The notes beneath the pieces are model-generated. The model saw only the letters and a list, made by a program, of their open reading frames with translations. It ran no database searches and was not told the origin of the DNA. A DNA stretch of 64,000 nt from the human T2T-CHM13v2.0 reference genome, Homo sapiens. The translations under genes and the position numbers were made by a program. The stretch's first letter is position 1. Each line of letters opens with the position of its first letter. Shown here in pieces: positions 27,540-40,793 of this stretch. The DNA is taken from NCBI RefSeq assembly GCF_009914755.1, contig NC_060942.1. One strand, given 5' to 3'.

Positions 27540-27652
27540 CTTTTTTTTGGAGTTTTGGAATAGATCATTAAAAAGATAAGAAAATCATTAAGATATCTCT
27601 ATACATGTTATTTTTCTCATTTTAACTCTTCTACCACTAGCGGAAAGGTTAA

Positions 27653-28338
<686 letters not shown>

Positions 28339-28436
28339 TTACTGAGCACTTGCTATACGTGCACTGTCTCAATCCTTCAATATCATGAGGTGGCCAGTAC
28401 AAACATTTCTGTTTTAGCAATTAAGAAATGAAGCGT

Positions 28437-28830
28437 GGCCGAGCGTGGTGGCTCACACCTGTAATCCCAGCACTTTGGGAGGCCAAGGCAGGCGGATCAC
28501 AAGGTCAGGAGATCGAGACCATCCTGGCTAACATGGTGAAACCCCGTCTCTAGCAAAAAATACAAGAAATTAGCCGGGTGTGGTGGCGGAAGCCTGTAGT
28601 CCTAGCTACTCAGGAGGCTGAGGCAGGAGAAGTGCAGTGTCTTGATCTCAGCTTACCGCAACCTCTCGCTCCCAGGTTCAAGTGATTCTCCAGCCTCAGC
28701 CTCCCGAGTAGCTGGAACTACAGGTGTGAACCCGGGAGGCGGAGCTTGCAGTGAGCTGATATCGCGCCACTGCACTCCAGCCTGGGAGACAGAGCGAGAC
28801 TCCGTCTCAAAAAAAAAAAAAAAAAAAAAA
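28437..28830 (+). mobile_element. AluY-like element with a ~95-bp internal insertion
   Basis: GATCGAGACCATCCTGGCTAAC and GGAGCTTGCAGTGAGC diagnostics; TSD AAGAAATGAAGC(G/A)T at 28423-28436 and 28829-28842. Confidence 0.94.
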
Positions 28831-28982
28831 GAAATGAAGCATTACAGAGGTTCAGTGACTTGCACAAGACCATATAGCAGTAACTGGCAGAAACAAGATC
28901 CAAACCTAAGTTAGTCTTCCAAAACGTTCAGCTAAAAGGCAAACTAAACTGATAAAGTTTTTGAAAATATGTGTAAAATTAC

Positions 28983-29041
28983 CGGCTCTTTTCCAGGTTC
29001 AGTCAACTGGAAAGTCAGAAAAGAAAGGACATCATGGTCAT
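28983..29041 (-). CDS. LMAN1: LMAN1 exon 7
   Basis: TAG acceptor; (D)DHDVLSFLTFQLTEPGKEP; donor CCG|GTAATT; 59 nt. Confidence 0.96.
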
Positions 29042-30582
29042 CTACAAATTAAAAAAAAAAAAGTCTGAAAAAGTTCCATAGGAGATTACTTTTATCATTG
29101 TAAATGTATTTTATCAATATTTATTGCTTTAAATAACAATAACCAGTGAGGGAATTGACAAAAATTAGCACTAATTTGGTAAAGGCAATGGCACTCTGTG
29201 AGCTTAGAGACCAAAATTCACCTGAAAGATTTATATTAGAAATAATCCAAAACTCACTTTTTAAAACCCTAAATCAGAATATTTAGCAGTGTTTAACATA
29301 TAATAGATGTTTAATCAATGTTTGATAAGAAATGAACAAACAAATGAAGGGTCAAAAGAAGTCCAAACTCCTTATTCTGGTACCAAGATCCTCCATGGTT
29401 TCCCACAAATCTCCTTCATGGACAACGTCCCAGACAAATGAGAGAAAATCCTGGTCTCCACATACTGCCGGGTACCTATATGTCTCTGAACCTTTCTTAA
29501 GAGTGCATACCACCTTTTGTCTTACTTTCTTATTTGTTTCTCTCACATGGAAGATATTAATAATTTTATCTTACCTAAAATCATATCAAAAAATCAAATT
29601 CAAGCTGTTTATGCTAAAAGCACCAGCTCAGCAAATCAAACTTCCTAACCCTTAACTAAAATACCAATCCTGGCTAGTCACATCCACCAATCAAGAGCAA
29701 TTAATATCAATCGTACAGCAATCTTTATGCTTTGTACTGTTTTTACGGAATCTAGAGATGTAGACAGATTAAAAAGAAAACTATAATACTGTAGTGTAGA
29801 CTAAGTAACTTAAGAAACTGTGTTGGGTAACAGGGCACTGAACCTGGAGTCAGAAATCCAGGCCGAGTCCTGCCTGGGGCTTACCATCAATTGGCCATAC
29901 GATCTTCAGAAATTTCTTTCACCTAAAATTTGGCAAGTTCTTCTAAAAATATGGAAAATAGGATCTTCCCTCCCTTCTTCTCTGGGTTGTCAGGAACAAT
30001 CCATGTATTTGAAAATATTTAAAACTACAATGTGTCATATAAACATAAAATGGCATTGACGTTGAATGGTAATTTATCACCTTATGTGGAAAAAAATGGT
30101 AACTATGGTTTTGTTTAAAGTTTAGTCACCAAATAACCTTTCCTTAGGTTGCCAAATTCATTTACATGTGATGTGACAATGATCAGGATCCTAAAACACT
30201 TGGCAATTAACCTTTCTGTGGATGTGACTAGCCAAGACTGCTATTTTAGTTAATTGTCATGTGGTTTGATCTCCAGCCTTTAAGCCTGCTGACTTTGATA
30301 GCCTCTACTTTAAATATGTCTCCTTCACTATAAAATAGCACCCAAACTGATGCTGTAATTGACACACTTGTATACAGCCCCAGTTAACTGTACACCTACC
30401 GAACAATGTAAGTAGAAAATTAGCAATCTCAACAGACCAAAAGACTGGCACAAGAGGTGATGGGAAAGTTCCAAACAGTCTTAAAAAGTTATTAGTATAA
30501 ACAAGTCTACATATCCCTAATATACTATTCCCAATAAAACACACCTCACAAACTTTTAATATCATCAGACTGCAAGATTTAC

Positions 30583-30706
30583 CTGCAAGACCTCCAGTTG
30601 CAGCAGATATTCCAAAATGCCCTTGTGCAGGGATAATCATATTTTCCACTTTGGCACAAAATTCATAATCATTTTTATCTGGTGTAAAGCCATTATTGAT
30701 CATTAC
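30583..30706 (-). CDS. LMAN1: LMAN1 exon 6
   Basis: TAG acceptor; VMINNGFTPDKNDYEFCAKVENMIIPAQGHFGISAATGGLA; donor GTAAAT; 124 nt. Confidence 0.97.
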
Positions 30707-31797
30707 CTAGAAAGACATATCATAGCTATAGCTTTTGCAAAAGACATTAGAAAATAAATTTCAATCGATCCATTTTATGACTACTATTCAGTTTTGTTTC
30801 ATTATTATAAAGAGTAATTTTAAATAACGTTTCCTACTTGGTGTCAACATACAATATATTTTACTTAAAAAAATGAGTTTTGCCCCACTATGTGTCAAAA
30901 GTTTAAAGAGAGAAAAATCTGATAACTTTCTATGAAAACCTTTCTAAAATGGAATATGGTTTGCCTTCTCTCAAGAAGACCTAGGGAGTCATCATTACTC
31001 CCTTGGAATGGTTCATGCAGCAGAGGGATCAGACTTGTTCTCAGATCCCAGTGACAGCTAAAACCAAGAGGTTAAATTTACAATTTTATCTGCAGCTGGT
31101 TGAGAATTAAACAGATTGTCTCAACAAGTAGTGAGCTCCTCTTAATTAAATTAGTGAGGTATCTGGACTGTCACAGGTTAGCAGAGAACAAAAGTGACAG
31201 AAGTCATACTGACAAGGCAGAGAAGGAAAAAACTAAAAAGATGTACGTTTCTACTTTGCAAAATGTATATTTGAAGGAATGATCCTAAATTTCTTAACAG
31301 AATCCTAGAATCCTAGGCAAGCACAGGAATCCACCTGACACATGAATGCTTTTCTCATTATCCCAGTCAAGCAGTGGTTCAGCCTCTTCAATACATTTCA
31401 TTTCTAATAATCCTCTCACGAGTCCCACCCTAAACAACAGTCACTGAGGTTCAGGGTGGTTGCAGGAGAAGGCCCAAGGCACCAGAGTAAGGGAACTTGA
31501 GTCATTACTTCTAGAGTCAAAATTTTGTCAGAGACTTAAGATTCAGTCACACAGGCAAAATGTTCTGGTATTCTGTCCAAATTTTCAGCAAGAGAATAAA
31601 ATCTGTCAATATGAAGAGTTACTCTCTATATACTGTAGAATGGAAACATGTGAACTAAAAATTAGTTTAAAATAATTAATTTTAAAAGATCATTTAGCAT
31701 TTGGTTCATATTAATATGTTTCCTGTGATTAGTAATATTCCTATTTCATTTTACATCATTTACAACTGGTCCTCCTCCACAGAGCCTTTTAAATTAG

Positions 31798-32264
<467 letters not shown>

Positions 32265-34374
32265 CCAATTTTTTTTTAAAGGACGTAACACATTTCATTG
32301 TACTGTGAGTTAGCAGGAATGTTAGGAAGGACTGTAACTGAAAGCCTAGGTACAAACTGTCCACTGATTATTACTTCTTTATGAGATCATCAATAACCTT
32401 CCTTATTCACCTTATGGTTTCAAACCATTGTTAAAGACTACACTTGCAATATTTAAGATCTCTTGCTTTGACTGTGTTTCCCCCACCAACAGCACTTATT
32501 GCTTTCAACCTCCTCTTACTTTGTTTTTCCCTCCAATGTGGAAACAACTGGGACAAGCTAGGGTGCAAGTACTCATGAAAATAAATACTTCTTGAGCACT
32601 TCACATTGGCACAATATTAGGAACTAGGAGAAATACAGGATATGCCTATTGTGAGAAGTTTACAATCATATTGATAAGAAGAGATATACATATAGTTAAT
32701 AAGCAAATCAGTACAACATATCTCAAGGCCAAATAAGCATTAGAGAAAAAAAAATACTCTAAGAGTTTAGGAGAGACAGATCATTATGAGCTGTTTAGGA
32801 AATCTGATAGAAAAGGGATCTGAATTTGTGTGCTCAAAGCTAAGTATGACTTTAACAAGTAGAAAGAAAAGGAATTATTACCAGACTGAGATGTACAGAG
32901 AGGTGAAAACCAATAAGTAGCAGTCACGTGTCCAGCCAGTCTCTTCAAAACGTGTACCTGAAAACACTAGCTCCATGATCACTCATAGACATTAGGTGAA
33001 AAAAAATTCCATAGTTAAGTCAGTCTGGGAAATGTGAGGTCTAATAAAGGTTTATTTATCCTTTCTTTATAAAGGATCCTTCATAAAGAAATCTTTAATG
33101 TGCTAATATGCAGAGTAGTGACCAATCTCATCAATTGTGGAACCCTTTCTGGGGAGTACATTTTGCAAGGCTATTGTTTTGGAGTGCTGCCAGGGCTCAC
33201 AGCCTCACGGTGTTGGGTCACACGGACAGTCTGCACCCACCATGCTTGATGTCTGGGCTTTGCTACATGCAGGTAAGCAAGACTTACTGATGACTCTAAT
33301 GAAACTGTACAGGGTGAATAATTATAGTGGAATTCAAACCCAAGCTAATTATAATACATTGGACACTTGCTCTATTCTAAGATCTCTAAATTAGCTTGGA
33401 ATTAAGACTAAGCCAATACAGTTTTCCACAGAACTAACTTTCTCAGAGATTTAGACCCAGGAGTGTAAGTCTAGCTCATGATTTAGGTGAAAGAAAAATT
33501 CATACACTATTTTTTTTACTTTTAAGTATTATATAACCAGGTATTAATGGCATCTTTAAAAAGCAAAGTTTACAATGCATAGTGATCTTAGTTATCATAA
33601 CTGCCAGTTAGATATCTCCACCTATATGTTATGCTAACCTCAATTTACCTACAACTAAACTCATTACCAACCCTCTGATTTCCCATTCCTCCCCCAAACA
33701 GATAAAACACAAACAAATGTGCTGCTTCTTTGCTAGTAAATAGTACCAATTAGCTGTCCAATTGGCTATATTCAGGAACTCTCCTTGACTCAACAACTGT
33801 GTTCACCCCTAACCCCAAGAAAACTGGTACTAAGAATACTGGGACCTAAGTCATCTTTCTAAATTGCAAATCTGATAATTTCACTTCCTGCTTAAAACCC
33901 TTTAAACATTTCTAAAAGCTTCTTATGGGTTAAACTACAGGAAGCTGTGCAAGGCCTGTTACTGCCCTTTCAACCTCACTGCTCACTGATCTCTTCTGTC
34001 TCCCAGCCACACCAAACTACATGCCTTTCCAAAATATTTCAAGCTCTCTCAAGGGTCTATGCCTGCTTTCTGTGCTTGGAGTACACCCACTCACTCGCAC
34101 ACACACACACCCTCTTCCCCCAACTCCCAGGAACTTCCTGATCTCCCTGTAGGGCACAGCTCAACTCTGAGAAAATGTTCCTGCCCTTCCCCACCTCCAC
34201 CTGGCAGTTACAGGATTCTAACCACAGGACCGCTTGATAGTGTCTGCAACGCAGCATTTATCACACAGCATAGGAATGATACATTTGTGTGTCCTCTGTT
34301 AGGCTATAAGCTCTCTGGGGAGAAAGTCCATCTGTCTTACTCATATTTGTATCCTGAAGGCTTGGAGATTATCC

Positions 34375-34428
34375 GTCTATCTATCTATCTACCTATCTAT
34401 CTATCTATCTATAGATATATATATCTCT
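34375..34428. repeat. (TATC)n/(TA)n simple repeat
   Basis: CTATCTATCTATCTACCTATCTATC... Confidence 0.85.
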
Positions 34429-34671
34429 CACATGTGCTATACAGTAGGGGGCTTAAACATTTACTGACTAAATGGAAACATACCATCAGGGGTTTACAAC
34501 AGATGACCACTTACACTGAGCTGTGAAGCCACCTCCGTTCTCTTAGAGTAACAATGAAGAGTATGTAAGCATATCCAAATTTAAGTGCATTTAATTTCTA
34601 TCAAAAATTCAAAATGAAAAGTGATACTGTAACATTGTTTATTTGATTCTCTCTAAATAGATGTTACTTAC

Positions 34672-34771
34672 TGTCAGTGTGTTCTGGTAATAGGTAATCT
34701 TTGCTCGGACAGGATAGGGTTTGTTGCGGAAGTCCCTCTGGCAACTTGCCAAAGCTTGACTAGCCCCGTCA
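34672..34771 (-). CDS. LMAN1: LMAN1 exon 5
   Basis: TAG acceptor; DGASQALASCQRDFRNKPYPVRAKITYYQNTLT; donor GTAAGT; 100 nt. Confidence 0.97.
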
Positions 34772-35226
34772 CTATAGTGTAAGGGGGAGGAAAACAGACA
34801 AGACACTCAGCTTTTCAATATTTAAAAATTCAGGAAGACTAAAATAATATCAAGTTATGAAAAAGTCTTGAGATACTTTATGTTATTTACTCAAAAGACT
34901 ACACGAGACTACATGAGACTAAGGCAGTGAATCTCTACCCTAGGGCAGAACATGAATCACTCTCTGGGCTTTTAACATGTAGATTCCACTCCAAATCAAC
35001 TGAAGCAGAATCAAAAGGAGGTGGCCTAGGCACCTCCATTTTAAATAGCTCCATAGGGAGTTATGATGAACTACCAGGGCTGAAACTCACTAAGGCAGAA
35101 AAACAGTAAACAGGCACATGGATAAGTCACCTTTCTTACAGTTCACTGGTTAAAAGCTATTTCCTCCACAACAAACACGTGAAAATAAAAAATGTACATA
35201 CCTAATTTATATACATTATAAATATA

Positions 35227-35537
35227 CAGTCATCCTTCAACATCCATAGGACATTGGTTCCAGGACCCCTGTGGATACCAAAATCCTCAGATGCTGAAGT
35301 CCCTTATATAAAATGGCACAGTATTTACATATAACGTGTACATATCCTCTTGTATACTTTAAATCATCTCTAGATTACTTATCACACCTAATATGATGTA
35401 AATGCTTTGTAAATAGTTGTTACAATGTATTTTAAAATTTGTATTCTTGTTGCGTACACAAAATAATTTGTATTATTTTTGATCTGCAGTTGGTTGAATC
35501 CACAGATACGGAACCCACAAATACAGAGGGTTGACTG
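35227..35537. mobile_element. MER2 (Tigger-type) DNA transposon
   Basis: TA|CAGTCATCCTTC ... GAGGGTTGACTG|TA: inverted termini with TA target duplication. Confidence 0.85.
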
Positions 35538-35986
35538 TACTGAACACTTAGAATCTCTGCAAGCCACTGAGTCTTTAAATAACACAATATTGAAGTTAAA
35601 TAAGATGGCATAAATTGCTTAATCATCAGCCTTAATAATCAAGGCTCAACTTTATTTTTTAAAGATCCCTTTTAATGAAGATAAAAATGCATGATTAGTG
35701 GCATCACTGAGAGCCAGGAACAGTCTATAAACTTTCAAAAGTATATTATTAAATAATTTGAGGTTAAATTAAAAACACATACCATGTTTGAATCTGAGAT
35801 GGTCCACAGATAGAACTTCAGAACAGAACCAAATAAAATAAAACCTTTCTACCAAGTTACAAAATATGTCTCAAGAAAAAGAACAGTATTTTTTTCATTT
35901 GGAAGGTGTTCAGATTTGAAACAATGTATTTCATAAGGATTCCAAAAAGAAGCTGAAATCAGGAGTAATGTAAAAAACACACTTAC

Positions 35987-36048
35987 TTTTGATGGTCATA
36001 ATGGATTTGTCCATTGTTGCCTATAATTACTATAGCAGGATTATTTTT
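35987..36048 (-). CDS. LMAN1: LMAN1 exon 4
   Basis: TAG acceptor; KNNPAIVIIGNNGQIHYDHQ(N); donor GTAAGT; 62 nt. Confidence 0.97.
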
Positions 36049-36780
36049 CTAAAAAAAAGGAAAACATTTTAAAAAATGTCTTTAATCAAAGCATTCTACA
36101 TCATTCTTGATGTACTATGAAGTGACTTACATATCTAAGATTCTAGGACTCAAAATTTTAAAATAACCTGGCCTTGGCACTCAAGGAATTACTAAAGTTC
36201 TTTAAATTGCTAACAATAACCCCTGAAAATTAATAGAGAAACAACCAGCTGATGGGAAGATCATCAACCTTAAGGCTGTTAAGCCACAAGCTAATGTTTC
36301 CAATTTGTAAGTACATTTTGATCTTAACTGTTTTAGGAGAGATCATCAGAAAAATTGGCCCGATCAAAAAGAATGATTAACATATGACCAGACATGAATA
36401 TGTGAGCTAGCATTAGTCATGGACTTGGATGTGCTTATGTAAGTGTTTAGTAGAGTCTCCTAAACACTACTGTTTTCACCACCTACGTCTAAGGATTTGT
36501 ATTTATCCATTAAATAGGGCCATGGGAGCAGGGGTCACTGCAAAGTTCTGAGAGTCAGGGCTCTACTATGCCCTCAAGCTGATGTACAAAAAATCATGCA
36601 CATGTAAATTAAACTGATACATTCCTAGCTATGTAAAGACTAATTATCACATTTACCATATAGCTTGGGGAGTTCTGTACTATCAAACTGATGAAAGCAT
36701 TGAATAAGCTATTATTTCTCACAGCCTAACTCTGTTGATAGATGTATTAAAGTGGATAACAGTCCTGACAATAAATATAC

Positions 36781-36888
36781 CTTTCCATCATTGTCAAAAG
36801 AATCAAAAAATATTCCAACACCATTCCACAGATCAGCTGATCCAAACACAGGGCCCTCCAAGCCTTGATTTTCTGCATACCAAATTGC
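36781..36888 (-). CDS. LMAN1: LMAN1 exon 3
   Basis: CAG acceptor; AIWYAENQGLEGPVFGSADLWNGVGIFFDSFDNDGK; donor GTATAT; 108 nt; preceded by an 83-nt intron. Confidence 0.97.
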
Positions 36889-36971
36889 CTGAAAATATGT
36901 AATAGGGAACAGTTAGAGGCTAGTGGTATATGCATTTATGCACATTTTCTAAGTTAAAGAAATGATCATAC

Positions 36972-37126
36972 TAGGCCATCAGCTCCAATCCGACCTCTTC
37001 CAGTCACTCGAAATGTCACCTCAACTTCCCAGTTCTCAAAGGCCGCTTTTGTCTTTGTCCACACTGAGCCTCTTTGGCTTTTTAAAGATGGTGCTACTCG
37101 AATTTGATCTGAACTTGGAATAGCAT
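36972..37126 (-). CDS. LMAN1: LMAN1 exon 2
   Basis: TAG acceptor; (N)AIPSSDQIRVAPSLKSQRGSVWTKTKAAFENWEVEVTFRVTGRGRIGADGL; donor GTATGA; 155 nt. Confidence 0.97.
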
Positions 37127-37489
37127 CTAGAACAGAAATCAGGGGAAAAAAGCTTTAAGTTATAATTAGGTAAAACTCAATGATCATTTCCAAACTGCTA
37201 AATATACCTACAGAGACTTAGTAACCTGTACAATAATGATTTGGAAAAAATTTCATGTTGACAGTTTTAACTTTAAAAGTTTAGGGCTAACACCTCCCTT
37301 ATCAAATAAAAAAAATTAAAGCTACACTCATACACTAAAAATTACAGGGACAGTGGGTGAGAGAAAGGGAATTATGACTTTAAGGCAAACTATCTGAGTC
37401 TCATAACATTCTTTTTAAAAACCTTAAAAATTTGTATTTTTAGAAAAGCTGCAACGTATTTTACCTGTTTGCAAAGGTTAGAAAGCTCA

Positions 37490-38350
37490 AACAGTGTGAA
37501 AAGAACATACCACTAGGAATCAAGAGACTTGTTCCTAGTCTCAGTTCAGCTGTGTGACTTTGAGCAAATAATTCTCTTATTCTCTTGGATTCACCATATG
37601 TTTACCTGTAAAATGAAGGAGCTAGGCTCGATCACTTCCATAAACACCCTAAAAGTTATATGCAAAATACTGTACTTATATACATTCTTCCATGGAGAGG
37701 GTCAACTGAACTTCAAAAAGCAATTCTTCAGAAGATTCTCAGAGAAAATAGTGATCCCTAAAACGGTGGTTTACATCTCCAGGCTAGGTTCAAGCCCCAG
37801 CTCTACTACTTACTAGCTGTTTGATCTGTAGGCAAGTTACTCCATTTCTTGAACAGCCTCATAGGTATTTAAGTGCCTACACAAGTAGCTTTAAATGTTT
37901 CAATAAATGTTAGCTATTTCTCCTATTATTAGACTAGGTAATTACTAAAGGTCTATCAGACTTAAAATTTGAACAATTCTAGCTCTCAGATATTAACTAA
38001 TTCTGAAACCCATGCTGGGAAATACAACTGTAACTGTAATCTCACTTTACAGGTAGAAAAAAGTTGACAAAAAGGAAAGCTGAGATACTTTAGTAGGATC
38101 AGTCACTGTTCACTGTTACTTACAAACATTCAAAGGATGGGTGTGGGCATCATGGAAAGAGACTGAACACAGAATCAGAAGACCTAGATTTGAGTTCAAC
38201 TTCACTGACACTTACTACTTATGTATCCTTTTTCAAAAACCTTAACCTTTCTGAACATCAGTTTTTCATCTATAAAACAGATAACACCCGCCTTGTCTAC
38301 TAAGGATCAAATCAGAGAATGAAAGTGAAAGAACTCTGAGAGCTATAAAG
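37490..38350. mobile_element. Cluster of MIR fragments in intron 1
   Basis: MIR core-like motifs (GCTGTGTGACTTTGAGCAA, CTGTAAAATGAAG, CTCTACTACTTACTAGCTG). Confidence 0.6.
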
Positions 38351-39291
38351 GGTTACAAATTATCATTTTTTGCCCTTATGGCCTTAAGTGTACTAAAGGA
38401 ACATTAGAGTTAAGAAAGAGAAACACCATAGATTTGGTCTTAATTTGGGGTTGAAGGTAAAGGGCTGTGTTTAAACTAGATCTTAAATTTCTCTACTTTT
38501 TTTTTAAAGTAATGAATTGCAGAGCAAAACGAAAAGAAAAAAATGATCAATGTAGTTACAGTGAGGCTTATGCAAAAACTACAGTGACAATGAAAGCAAG
38601 GGATGTCTATAGCAGAGATTCCCAGAGCCAGTAGCCAGATAAATCATGGCTAAAATACTAATACTTTGTTTCAAATTCATTCTAGCCACACGGCTTTAAT
38701 TTACTGGTACATTATCTTGACATTTCTGCAGCAGAATAGATTAGTTGGTTCCGGCTCTGTAAAGGAAGTCAAGGTAGCTGATTTGACTAGTTGATTAACA
38801 TTCCTAATTGGCTAATGTAGTGTATGTGAGTGTGAGAAAAAGAGAAAAGGGATAGAAGAACAGGCAGGCAGTGGAGAGGTGTAGAAGTGAAAATGTGTGA
38901 ACAAATCCATCACTACTGAATAATTCATCATCCCACAAATAGAAACAAAAACTCCAAAAACTTGTGTTTGATATCATTTGCATCACCTTTGTGTATCAAG
39001 AATAGAGATACCTTGATAACAAATGCCCAGTAATATACCCTTGCTGCATGGGCACATAATAAATGACTGCTGAGTAACGAAATAACTGCACTCTACTTCA
39101 ACTACTTAATGACTTGGTCATTAAGTCAAATTAAAATCTATACCTTTCAATTACACATTAATTTGAGAGAAATAGCGCTTCCTAAAAGGGTGCTTCCTAT
39201 TCAGTAATTACTTTCTAGAAATGAAACATTTTGTTTCAAGAACTGGATAATCTAAAGTGATGTATAAAAACCTTATATAAAAGATTACTTA

Positions 39292-39450
39292 TGGGGGAGG
39301 TGGGAGGGATAGCATTAGGAGATATACCTAATGTTAAATGACTAGTTAATGGGTGCAGCACACCAACATGGCAAATGTATACATACTAACCAACCTGCAC
39401 GTTGTGCACATGTACCCTAAACCTTATAGTAAAAAAAAAAAAAAAAAAAA
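39292..39450 (+). mobile_element. 5'-truncated L1PA 3' end
   Basis: GGAGGGATAGCATTAGGAGATATACCTAATG...polyA; flanking AAAAGATTA repeat. Confidence 0.9.
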
Positions 39451-40496
39451 GATTAATCACACACAAAGATAGAATTCAAACTGCCAGAGCTCCTCATCTC
39501 ATATAAAGGCATTTGCCACTTGTTCAACGGGTATATCTGATGGTCACTGAACAGAGCTTATGTCATGCCAAGTGCTACGATTGACTCCTTAGTCAGCAGT
39601 GACACATCAGCACTAAAAAGTGCAGATATGTTTTCTTTCACGTAAGTAAATGCTCTAGCAAGGCTCTCTTATCTACAAAAGTGCCAAACACAGAGAGTGA
39701 ATAAAATATGAACCCAAGATTATTTCAATGCTTCCAATTTTTTTAAAGGGCTAAAAATGTAATGCTATTCTTAGTCTCAGGTTCAGAAACAATCAATCCC
39801 TAAAAATATATCCCTTCTCCTAAAAAGTTACATAATGTGTTACTACGAGAGAAAAGATCAAAGACCACACCAAGTCACTGAGAGGAAAATGTGTAGTTCC
39901 AACAGTATAAGAATGTCTTCTGACATACAAAGACTTAAAAAATTACTCTAATACTACTATATGCCATCTCAGGAGCCGTCAGTGGGCATGGGGTTCAAGC
40001 GAAGCATTAACCATTGCTAACACCGGAGCAAAGAAATCGGGGATCGGGGGTGGGGGGTGGAAGCGGGAAAGGAAGTAAGGGGGCTTCTAGAACATGTCTC
40101 AGGTTGGGATGGCTGGGGGTAGGGCACATTTCTCCTAGAGACGTGGCGTTGTGAAACATGATACCTAGAAGCAAGTTTGAGTGCTAGGAAGTGTAGGAGG
40201 TAACCAAACACCTCTAGATCCAACGGAAAGTACCGACGAGATCAAAGAAGGGAAGACAGCAGGCGGGTGAGAGAGAACAGAATGGGTGAGGGAAAGACTC
40301 GGGGACAAGCGGAGGGAACCGTGCGAACCAGGAGGGACCCGGCGGAGGGGCTGCCAGGAGGGTCCCCTCCACAGCGCATATGGTGTGCAGCTGCTGGAAC
40401 GGGAACCTCAGCACACCAGGGTAGCCGCGGATGAAAGGCGAAGAGGCAGCAGAAGGGGGAGAGGAACCCGGCCCCCAGCCCTCTGCTCCGGCTTAC

Positions 40497-40710
40497 TCCC
40501 CGCGTGGGCCCAGAAGGGCACGGTCCCGTCGCTCTGCACCAGGTGCGGCCCCTTGAAGCTGTATTTGTACTCGAAACGGCGATGTGGCAACGCGACCGCG
40601 GGGTCTCCTCCCACGCCGTCGCCCCGGACGAAGCGACCGAGTGACAGCAGCAAGGCGCAGAACAGCGGCCGAACTCTGGCCCGGAGACCCCTTTGCCTGG
40701 ATCCCGCCAT
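40497..40710 (-). CDS. LMAN1: LMAN1 (ERGIC-53) exon 1 coding part: signal peptide and start of the L-type lectin domain
   Basis: Translates MAGSRQRGLRARVRPLFCALLLSLGRFVRGDGVGGDPAVALPHRRFEYKYSFKGPHLVQSDGTVPFWAHAG, the ERGIC-53 N-terminus; donor A|GTAAGC; 214 nt. Confidence 0.98.
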
Positions 40711-40765
40711 CTTGGATTCTGGAACGCGGAGGAGGGCGGGAGAGGGAGGGGCGCGGATGGCTGCG

Positions 40766-40793
40766 GATGGCCAACAGGGCGCTCGCTGATTGG
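40766..40793 (-). promoter_or_regulatory. LMAN1: ER-stress response element: CCAAT-N9-CCCTGTTGGCCATC
   Basis: Minus strand reads CCAAT CAGCGAGCG CCCTGTTGGCCATC, ERSE-like spacing; ERGIC-53 is known to be UPR-inducible. Confidence 0.8.

Noticed and set aside
30305-30703. 132-aa ORF extending exon 6 (similarly 14501-14767 around exon 11)
   Set aside because: Exon frame reading through canonical splice sites into intron
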